From Octopus sinensis (taxonomy: Eukaryota), in NCBI RefSeq assembly GCF_006345805.1, contig NC_043008.1, positions 8,742,001-8,806,000 of the forward strand: a stretch of 64,000 bases of DNA. The letters run 5' to 3'. Shown here in pieces: positions 53,622 to 64,000 of this stretch. The notes below the pieces were generated by a model. It worked only from the letters and a program-made list of their open reading frames with translations. It did not search any database and was not told the origin of the DNA. A program made the translations under genes and the position numbers. Each line of letters starts with the position of its first letter. Within the stretch, counting starts at the first letter, position 1.

Positions 53622-54313
53622 CAGAAGTTATAGATCAAGGGCTGAGGTACAGAGTTATGAAAGGATTCCTACGTGAAGGACAGCATGTTCATTATCGTAT
53701 TCAACTGACAAACATAAACAAGGAAAGATGTAAAAGTCAGAATGTTTCTCGCTACATATGCGTGTGTTTGTTCCATTGCTTTTATTGCATGCATTTATGT
53801 ATGCTGCTAAATAAGTAAATTAGAAGTGATATATTAACAACTTGACAGGTTGCTAATCACTTGGTCAATGTTACCACCATAAGGTGCCAATATTTACACT
53901 TTGTTGGGTAATATTTCAGCATTGTTCAATTGTAATTTTAAATTAGCATTTGGCCTAACACACTCAGCGAATTTTAATTTGCTTTCGAGAGTTTTAATTA
54001 AAAAATTAATTATCCGCATATTTTATTTGCCTATCAGCCAATTTCAGTATTAAACTTGAGTTTCCTTGACATTCTAATCCCATACAAATGTATAATCTAA
54101 TGTATAAGAAATCGCTTAGAATCTGGAAGAGAATTAATGGAAGCCAACTTAAAGATGAACATTCCATTAGAGCAATCTAAACTTGTATATCAGAAAACGT
54201 TATCTCTACCTATCTAAATGTGAGCGTGTGTGTGTGTGGGTATATGTTTGTATGTATGTACATAAGTATATAAGTATATATGATATATGTATGTAAATAT
54301 CAATGTATATATA

Positions 54314-54360
<47 letters not shown>

Positions 54361-54364
54361 TATA

Positions 54365-54410
<46 letters not shown>

Positions 54411-57400
54411 CATACACACATATATATATATATATATAGACGTGTGAGGGAGAGTGTGTATGTGTGCGTGTCTTTGGTGTGTGTGTGTTTAGACAAATAA
54501 AGGTTTTCTGATTTGGATTTTATCTCATTCCATTATATAATATTTAATTTTCCCTTTCAGTAGTCTGCGGAAGCACTGTAGAGTTGGCGAGTGTTCCTTA
54601 GGATGAACAAAGAAAGTATTTGACATCTGTTATGATGCACACACTATGCAGACCTATTAAGTTTAATCATTAACAATTCTGATAACCGTCCATCGAAACT
54701 GATATATTTATAGCCTGACAATCGTTGCTGGATAACAGAAAAGCGTTTGAAAATTTGAGTAAAGAGCGATTTTTTAAATAAATCTTGTACATGTTTTGTC
54801 GCCTGCTTCGTATATTTTGAAGTTAATATACTTTATGTCGTCTTGCCGTTGTGTCAGCGCCCCCAGACGATGAAATAGACTAGCCCAATACGTAGATATA
54901 GAGGGAGAAGTCTAGACGTCGTGAAGTAGACTAGAGCGAAGAGCTGAGAGGAGTAGCAGTCGTAGTAGACTAAAGCACAGTAGACTAGAGTAGAGAGAGC
55001 ACAGGGTGGAATTCACAGAATTGCCACCAGTAGTGGATTTAGCAGAAATCGAACCACTAATGAAATATTACTAAAAAGTAAATAAGTATGTCAAATCAAC
55101 AGGAAAAAAGAGAAGAAAAAAGAAAAAGGAGAAAAATAAAGGAAAAAGAAAGAGTAAGTGTTTTATGTTTAATAAATTCGGAAAATAGAAGAACAATTCT
55201 AGAGAACATAAAACGGTTCAAATAATTGTAATGGTAGACGATAATTAAGTTTTAGTTAAACACGGGATGAAAACGGACAGTTTAAAACGACTAATGGTAA
55301 AGCATGTGATGAGGGGCGCATGCAGTCATTCAAAATGTCAGCAATTGGACACAGAGAAACCAACATCGAACTCCTCACGCAGCCCTTAAGCTTAAGTGCT
55401 GCAGTTTGATAACTCTGCTCTTACTCACACCCGGCTAATTACAGAGGGATCTCTGAATGAGGTCGGTATGGAATAGGTATAAGAAATGCATTAGAGGTGG
55501 TCATACCAGAATGGAGGAAGCTTTTTGGAAGTATGTCTGATGTCTAAACTAATTGAATAACGAGTTAGCACCACCGAGCGGTTCCATCTCCAAAGTTTCT
55601 TCCCTAACCCCATTTTTGTATAATCATTTCATCATATTCGTTCTATGTATTGTCCCCTCTGTAGTGTCCTGTTTGTCCTTGTTTGTCCCCCTCTATGCTT
55701 GGGCCCTTGTGGCTAATAAAGAAACCGAATAGAGAGAACAGAGTAGTAGAGGCATCCGAATGTGCGACATAACAGCCACTGTGAAGTATTGCGACATAAC
55801 ACTTCCACAGAATCATACATTTTTCATTACCTGCCATACCAAAAGGCAGGAAGTGTTTATATAATAATTATAACTAAAGCTCAAACCTGCCTGGTATGAC
55901 ATAAGCGCGAACATGCGTCTGTGTGTGCCTATGTATCTTCTTTCCACGTTGATTGCAGGCGATTTGAAATCCTGTTGCCTTCACTGGCACCAGGTAGTAT
56001 GGACATTTATAACCATAACACTTAATCACCTGCTTAAAACCTTCTGAAACCTATAACAGCTTTTGCAGGCCTGAAAGGTCTCGTCTACATCATTCCCGTT
56101 GCAGGAGACATGTTTTGAAGTCGGTGAGTAGACAACCAGAAACACACAAACACACATACACGCAAACACACATGCACGCAAACAAACACACACACAAATA
56201 CACACACACACACACATACACACACACATATATATGTATATATACATATATACATATATATATATATGTGTGTGTGTGTGGCTGTGTGGTAAGTAGCTTG
56301 CTTACCAACCACATGGTTCCGGGTTTAGTCCCACGGCGTGGCACCTTGGGCAAGTGTCTTCTACTATACCCTCGGGCTGACCAAAGCCTTGTGAGTGGAT
56401 TTGGTGGACGGAAACAGGAAGAAACCCGTCGTTATATATGTATATGGGTGGGTGTGTGTGTGTGTGTATATTTCTGTGTATGTTTGTGTGTCTGTAGTTG
56501 TCCCCCCAACATCACTTGACAACCGATGCTGGTGTGTTTACGTCCCCGTAACTTAGCGGTTCGGCAAAAAGATAGAATATGTACTAGGCTTACAAAGAAT
56601 GAGTCCTGGGGTCGATTTCCTCGACTAAAGGCGGTGCTCCAGCATGGCCAAAGTCAAATGACTAAACAAGTAAAAGAGTAATGTGTATACATATGTATGT
56701 ATGTATGTATGTTGCGTCACACAGCTTTATATGATTTAACTCCACGTAGAAATGTCTAATCATATTTCGTTTATAAAGAGTATTATTTTCCTATAAGTAT
56801 TCATACCGAACTCTCAACCAGGAGTCACCTCATAATTTAATACTCTCATTCTTTTTTTTTTTTTTTCGATACCCAACATTCAACTGTATCAACAACGAGA
56901 TTCTAATTTTCCTGACAGTAAGAATATAAAAAGACCCTTCATTAGCTTTCGTGATAGAAAATTCACCCGATATTTATTGATCGTGTGCTTTTTCGCCCAC
57001 ATATCGACGTACTGTAGTATTTCATTGGAAAGATAAAAATGATGATAATCCCATCAAAGCAACTAATCCTTTCCAAGCACTTCATTCCGTCACGTATCAA
57101 ATACGTTCTCAGCGAAATTACTCATATAAGATTAATTTCATAAACACGGGTATCCGTGTTATATATAATTTAATACCAAGCCGAGTGTCTTTTCCATATT
57201 TTTTCTACCTGATGCCTTTCATATTATATTCTTCTCTGCTGCGATTTAACGCATCGAAATATTGCGAATACATTTGAAAAGGTAAGAAGATTGCTTCTAA
57301 ACCACATAGTTCTGGGTTCAGTCCCATCACGTGGCAACTTGATCAAGTGTCTTCTACAATATCCTTGGGCCGATTAATGTTTCTGAGTGACTTGGTAGAT

Positions 57401-58104
57401 GGAAACTGAACGAAGCCCGTTATATATTTGTATACATGTATTGTGTGTGTTTTTGTGTGTGTTTTTGTGCGTGTGTGTGTGTGTTTGTGCTTTCTGCGTT
57501 TGTGTGTGCGTGCTTGTGGGTATGTTTATGTGTTTGTGTGTGTGTGAGTGTGCATGTGTACGTGTGTTTGTGTGTGTTTTTGCATTTGTGTGTGTTTTTG
57601 CATTTGTGTGTGTGTGTGTTTGTTTCGACGTTTGTCTTCACCATCACCACTTGACAACCGGTATTGGTGTGTTTGCATTACCGTTTTCATAGCGGTTCGG
57701 CAAACGAGACCGACAGAATAAAGACACTGCTTTAACAAAAGTGATAATAAAAAACGATTGGGGTTAATTTATTCAAATAAAAATTATTCAAATCGGTGCC
57801 CCAGCATGGCAGCAGCGTGATGATTAAAACATGTATAAAATGGAAAGAAAAACATACTGATTTTATACAGAACACATGCAACATTCTTTCACATTAACGA
57901 TTTGATGAATTTCATCCCACACTAAGCTGTTCAAATACGAAATTTTATCAAAGTCATACATTTCCATTCTGTTCTTATCTCTTCCCTAAAGCTGACAGAA
58001 GATCGTCAGCAAATAAAGTAGTGTCGGCGGCCAATCATCTAATAATACATCAGTCTGTGTCATCGTCTGACGGGTCTTCGTTATCTCCACCTCTTAAACT
58101 ATGA
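53622..58104 (+). CDS. Candidate spliced 3' end (53622-53646, 55959-55993, 57992-58104): EVIDQGLR|[11 protein letters not shown]|[37 protein letters not shown]
   Basis: Good acceptors (tgtttcctcttcag; cttctttccacgttgattgcag; tctgttcttatctcttccctaaag), GT donors, compatible phases, AATAAA at 58111. No homology recognised; the exon joining is my inference. Confidence 0.25.
54836..55010 (+). mobile_element. LTR-like fragment with repeated gtagactag motifs
   Basis: Begins TG, is more GC-rich than its surroundings and has 4 copies of a tagactag-like motif. No partner LTR or TSD found. Confidence 0.3.
55334..55602. repeat. Unclassified ~265-bp dispersed repeat, copy 2
   Basis: Direct repeat of 51409-51671. 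Confidence 0.9.
56279..56680 (+). mobile_element. SINE family A, full length
   Basis: Complete head, microsatellite and tail. Confidence 0.95.
57280..57830 (+). mobile_element. SINE family A, old copy with an expanded internal (TG) tract
   Basis: ggtaagaagattgcttctaaaccacatagttctgggttcagtccca...ccacttgacaaccggtattgg...ggtgccccagcatggcagc. Confidence 0.85.
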
Positions 58105-58656
58105 AACCAAAATAAACTAAAACCAGATTAGAACTGTATCCAATCGTCTCAGATCTTTGCAATAAATAGTATTATTCATTTAGAATCGTAAATTGTTATT
58201 TTCTAAATCTGAACTATTAAAGATATATAATCATACAGTTCTTGATTTCTGTGATCGTAACAGCAAATTTACCATTCGTACGTGTTTCAATAATCTAACC
58301 ACTTTTCAGCTATGGACCGCTCTTTCTTCTTTGCTATAGTTGTAAAAATAATTGAGGCAATTTCATATAGAATGTAATTTTTAATTAAGAAAACTGCCAC
58401 AAATAAGGGGTTAGAGTCATTTTCTATATTTGGTATGTTTAGTTCCTATATTACAAAGAGACGGCGATATTTCTGTGTATAGTTTAAAATAGAGAAAATA
58501 TTGCCAAGACCGCACGTCGCGGTGGTTATAAATTTCTCAAATTGTTCAGATAAAAATAAAATATAATTATAAATCCCATGTATTATCAACCATTGTAGGA
58601 ATACATACGTCACCTATTTAATAACCAGTGTTCAATTTGTTTTTCTCGGCATTTGA

Positions 58657-58723
<67 letters not shown>

Positions 58724-58942
58724 TGTGTGTTTAAGTGTATGATGTGTGAGACAATACAATATTTGTTAGTTATTTTACTAAAATTGACTTTCTGCTTCCA
58801 TCACTTTCGTTTGGTAGAAATATAATACGTCGCCTTAGCAAAATGATTACTGAATGTTGTTTCACAAATACATAACCTCCCAAACGTCGCTACCGCCCTC
58901 AACACGCGCGTGTATATGTGTGCATGTGTGGATCTATGTACG

Positions 58943-58959
<17 letters not shown>

Positions 58960-58993
<34 letters not shown>

Positions 58994-59235
58994 GGACAGA
59001 CAGACAGAGACAGATAGAGAAAAAGAAAAAGAAAAATTGAAAGAAAGATTGATAGATTGCCAGACAGATAAATAGGCAGGCAGGCAGACAGACAGACAGA
59101 GAGTCAAAGAGGCAGAAGACAGACAGGCAGGCAGACAGATAGATAGACAGACAGACAAATAGACAGACAGACAGATATACAGAAATAGAGGCAGAGAGAT
59201 AGATAGATAAATAGATAGATAGACAGACAGACACT

Positions 59236-59275
<40 letters not shown>

Positions 59276-59580
59276 CTGACAGACACTGACAGAGAGACAC
59301 TGACAGAGAGACAAACAGACAGACAGACAGATATAGATAGATAGAGAGATAGATAGATAGATAGATAGATAGATATAAAGAAATATAGGCAGAGAGATAG
59401 AGAGATAAATAGATAGATAGATAGATATAAAGAAATATAGGCAGAGAGATAGAGAGATAAATAGATAGATAGACAGACAGACACTGACAGACAGACAGAT
59501 AGATAGACAGACATATAGATAGATAAATACAGACAGACAAACAGACCGACAGACAGATACATAGATAGATTGGTTGGTAG
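58960..59580. repeat. (GA)n/(GACA)n/(GATA)n compound satellite
   Basis: Directly visible, with internally duplicated higher-order blocks. Confidence 0.95.
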
Positions 59581-59865
59581 ATACAAAATCATACATATAA
59601 TCATACAAACATCAATTGATAAAGTTGAAAAGAACGAGTAAAATATATTCCGTGTGCCAAGGGAATAGTGTTTATCTAATAACGTTTTTACAAGACTACA
59701 ATTTAAAGGGAAAAGTGAATATTTATTATCTTATTCATTATTGAAGCTTATTTCATCCATTTTGGGAGAACAATATGAAAAACAGACCCTCATTACTCTC
59801 AGAATCCAAATTTAGAAAATTTTATTGCGTCTATAAACGTTAACCATTTCAAACACAGCACTACT

Positions 59866-59907
<42 letters not shown>

Positions 59908-60429
59908 ATGCACTCTGACAGGTTGTAAGTGCCACTTTTGTAAAGGAGGGTCATACACCTCCTCATCGATCTTCTTGTTATACTCGTTATATCGATACAC
60001 AATTTGTTGATAAAGAAATAGAAGAAACCGTATTGCTTTTGGCTAGATTAAAAACCATAACTTAGAAGAATTTACCGTGTTCACTCGTGTATAAGTTGCA
60101 CTAGTGTATATGTCACACTCCAAATTTTGTGCAAAGTCTAGGTACAAATGTTTAAACCTTCGTAGGTTTATATTTTTCCATGTGTAAGTCGCGCCCATGG
60201 TTAAATACGGGAGACAAAATTCTCTACTTTTTCATCCGGGCATTTTAATATTTCGCCACTTTAAGGAAAACCTCCCCATAAAAATATTTCTGATAAAATG
60301 TTTTACATTTATTAAAGACTGCATCGGCTCTAAATAAAAATGTGGTATCAACCCCGAAGGTATGAAGGAAGAATACTTTTGCAAATTTTGAACAAGAATA
60401 GACAAAGAATTTAACTAGTTGAAACAAAG

Positions 60430-60856
60430 GTCTCTTCTCGGTTTGAACGGCAGTTTTTTTAATATAATTCCCACGTAACTAAACACTTTTAAACTTCGAA
60501 TACTGGTAGAATGTCTTTATAAAACATCTTTTTCTATTGGCTTTATTGAGAAAATTCTATAGTTTGTAAGATATTCGTTGTTTCTTTTCTTCAATTTCTG
60601 CAATTTCAACCAATCAATGACGTCTATTGAGGTGAAGTCATTCTGTGCCGTATGAATATGTCCCTCGTTTAAGAAACAGATTGGGTTTATTTATATTTCT
60701 GAAGAAAAAAAGATACCCTTCCCCCCACCCCTAACCCTAACTTACCTTAACCCTAAAACAGATTGAAATGCAATAGATTGATACTAGGGTCACAATTATG
60801 GGTGACAATTTCATATGACACCGCCAGAAAAACTGCCGTTCAAACCGAAAAGATCC
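60430..60856 (-). mobile_element. Non-autonomous DNA transposon (Merlin-like MITE), copy 1
   Basis: TIRs ~GGATCTTTTCGGTTTGAACGGCAGTTTTT, perfect 8-bp TSD aaacaaag (60422-60429, 60857-60864), internal (CCCTAA)-like repeats. Confidence 0.85.
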
Positions 60857-61070
60857 AAACAAAGTAGTGGGTCCCCATCTCAATCGTTTTCCCCAATCTT
60901 TCATTGTATTTTACGGAAAATAACATTAAAAAGGTCTCCAGAATAACGAGTTAGACCAGAGTTTGGGGTAAGCTAGATAATTATATAAAATGCCTATTCA
61001 TTTAAGACTGGTCAGGCTATTTAAAGCAATGTTTATCGGGATAAATATTTATCGATGAGAGAGACTAATG

Positions 61071-61523
61071 GGATCTTTTCGGTTTGAACGGTAGTTTTTT
61101 CTAGCGGTGTCATATGAAATTGTCACCCATAATTATGAACCTAGTATCGATCTATTGCATTTCAATCTGTTTTAGGGTTAGGGTTAGTTAGGGTCAGTAA
61201 GGGTTAGGGTTAGGATTAGGGTTAGGGTGGGTGGATGGGTATCTTTTTTCTTCAGAAATGTAAATAAACCCAATTTGTTTCTTAAACGAGGGACATATTC
61301 ATACGGCACACAATGTTTTCACCTCAATAGACGTCATTGATTGGTTGAAATTGCAGAAATTGAAGAAAACAACAATAAATATCTTACAAACTATAGAATT
61401 TTCTCAATAAAGCCGAGAGAAAAAGATGTTGTATAAACACATTCTACCAGTATACGAAGTTTAAAAGTGTTTAGTTACGTGAAAATCATTTTTAAAAAAC
61501 TGTCGTTCAAACTGAAAACATCC
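61071..61523 (+). mobile_element. Non-autonomous DNA transposon (Merlin-like MITE), copy 2, opposite orientation
   Basis: Same TIRs; TSD gactaatg/gactaata (61063-61070, 61524-61531); internal (TTAGGG)-like repeats. Confidence 0.85.
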
Positions 61524-61988
61524 GACTAATATGCGTTGATATTTTCTATGTAATCACACATGACAAAGCCAATGAAATGAGTTAAAGGTCGCAAGTTTTG
61601 AGTAATAAAGTGATATTCTAACAACTCAATAGAAATAAAATATTAGTCTTGCGTCATGGTTATGATAATCAAACTAGAATATTTGTAGTTACATTTTCAT
61701 GAAGTCAATTAGGAAAAGAATATAATATAAAAATAATTAAATGAAATCGCAATTAATTCTTAAAGAAAAGAAATTAAACACAACTGCCAAATCTTACTAG
61801 CATAATTTAAACATACGCTATTCAAATAAAACAATAAACAGATTTTAATAAAAATGTCAGTTAATTCTTTTATTGTAATATTAAAAACATTTCAAACAGT
61901 ACGTAAAAGATTTTTATTCACATCACTAATAAACGAATTGAACACCGGATGGTGTAACTTTACGACTTAACAATTTACTTTTTATATA

Positions 61989-63226
61989 CAGAGGTGGGCT
62001 GGGAAGTTCATAGGCTGACTATGAAGGAGTGATGCTAGAGCTGTGAACTTTTGCATGTGTTAATTTGAACCCTTCTTGCTTATTGTTTCATTATTTCATT
62101 CCAGGTAAACTGAAGTATAACTGTTCAAAGAAGACTTCAAATTCCACCAGTAGCGATTTTTCTTGAAAATGGACAAAATGTGGAATCGTGGTGCTATCAC
62201 GTACCTGCAGAGAAAGGGTTTAGCCCCAAATGATATTCATGTTGATATGGTTGCTACATTAGGAGATGAAGCTCCAAATTTATCAACAGTGTAAATTTGG
62301 GCGGCTGGATTTAGGAAGAAAAGGGAGAGACTTGAAAATGATCCAACGTCTCGAAGTCCTGAAACTGGCACCATATGCTGAGGAATGACAGGCGATTAGC
62401 TATAAATCAAAATAGCCAATACTATTAGGATATCCATTGAGCAAGTTGAGAATATTCTGCACAATGAACTTGACATGACGAAGGTTTCTGCTAGGTCGAT
62501 GCCTCGACTTCTAAGACCAGATATAAAGAGCACCAGGCGTATCACATGAGAGTAAAGTCTAATATTGTGTCAGGCAGATCCGGCTGGTTAACCCTGAACG
62601 TTTCTTTACTCAGGATTAGAGTTGAGTTCATAACTTTGTGGCAGAGGTGAAGAGACAATCCATGCAGTGTAAAAATCCCTTCTCACTTGCTCCAAAGCCA
62701 AGGTCGCTTCATCTGCAGGGAAAGTGATGGCCTACATTTTTCGATACAAAAGGCATTGTGTTTATTGACTATCTTCAAAAGAGCCACACCTTCAATGGAG
62801 AGTAACATGCCAACTTGCTGAAGCCCTTGTGTGGCTATCAAGACCAAACACCCAGAAAAACTGACGAAAAGGTTCTTGTTTCACTATGAAAATTATCCAG
62901 CTTACAAGTTCTTTCAATGGCTAGTGTGCGTCTGTGGCTTTGAACCCTGCCAGTTCTTCTATTTTGGCTCCCATCTGACTATCATCTCAAACATATAAAA
63001 AGAAACACTTGGCTGAGAACCAATAACGACGTAATGATGACCTCATGTTATTGATTACTTTTTTTACTAACAGGATGGAAGCTTCTTCACCAATGGGATC
63101 GAAGCACTGCAACACCGATTGAAGGGGTGTGCAGATCAAAAGGGGGTCAATGTATAAAAATAAACTTAATTTGGTCGCAGTCCATGAGAGTCTTGGTTAG
63201 CCTATGAACTTTTCAGCCAACCTTTG
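61989..63226 (+). mobile_element. Full-length decayed mariner transposon (irritans-like)
   Basis: TIRs cagaggtgggctgggaagttcataggctgac / caaaggttggctgaaaagttcataggctaac with TA flanks. Translations MDKMWNRGAITYLQRKGLAPNDIHVDMVATLGDEAP, SAGKVMAYIFDTKGIVFIDYLQK and APSDYHL; stops and frameshifts. Confidence 0.95.
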
Positions 63227-64000
63227 TATACCTTCAGCTGTCAATGTGCTTTCGACTCTGCATTTAACACAACCTGTACTGATATAAGGTAGCACGGAGC
63301 ACATGCCTAATCACACCATGTGTTACAAACATCAGTATTAAATATCAAACGGTAGTTTCTTTAGTTGATGCGAAGTCATTAGCTTTACGTTCTCTTCTAA
63401 ACTTCCTGTTAGAGAAAAAAAAAACAGGAAGTTGACAGCACAAATAAAACATCAGAATAGACAAGAAGAACTCTGGTTAACTACGATAGAACAAAAACAT
63501 AGAAACAAGCGAAAATGGGGAAAAAATAGAAAACGGATGCATAAAACACGAAAAGCATTCAGTTTTCTGTTTTGTTCCCTTGAGAAAATAATGTGCAGGA
63601 AATACATGCAATACAAATAACAATAATCCAAAAGAAAACATTTATTTGTTCGGTACAATCAATCTCTCATCATCAACCTCTATCGTTCTCTTATTCGTGT
63701 AACAAAACGTAGACAATCTACTCTCCAACGTCAACATTGAAATCCCTTCGCTAATCTGTTAAGACAATTTACAGGCAATCTGCCATCTTTTCAAACGTTT
63801 GTTTATTTTTTTATAGTCTTTCTGCCAACTCTCGTCATATATACTAACACTAAATGTTGTTTTTTTATTAGCGCGTGTGACAATAGAGTGAGTGTATTTT
63901 AAAACAAGATGAACGAAATTTACTTTCAGAGTTCAAATCTCACCCAGTTCTAATTTTGTTTGGTTTTCTATTATCATGAAAAGGATAAAATAAAAACCGG

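Noticed and set aside
60072-60200. pogo/Tc2-like TIR fragment taccgtgttcactcgtgtataagttgcac
   Set aside because: Only one end is visible, too little to call an element.
61163-61230. TTAGGG repeats as an interstitial telomere or fusion site
   Set aside because: They are short, degenerate and internal to both MITE copies.

Overview
AT-rich, microsatellite-saturated eukaryotic genomic DNA. The tRNA-derived SINE families resemble those I know from Octopus (coleoid cephalopod); this assignment is an inference from recognition, not a database result. There is no long intact protein-coding ORF. Most ORFs in the track are translations of (TA)n/(CA)n/(CATA)n/(GATA)n/(ATT)n repeats or of decayed transposons. 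The window looks like intronic or intergenic DNA. It contains about 20 SINE copies of three families, at least five decayed RLE-type (R4/Dong-like) LINE fragments, RTE and CR1/L2 fragments, a large decayed Penelope-like element (RT + GIY-YIG), a full-length decayed mariner, and two Merlin-like MITEs in inverted orientation. A few small, phase-compatible candidate exons exist but cannot be assigned to a known gene. The most notable signal is three sequence-unrelated fold-back elements embedded in (TA)n (about 1.3, 13.4 and 47.2 kb). Each carries a Penelope-type minimal hammerhead-ribozyme-like motif, and two of them have the compensatory U3-A8 core variant.
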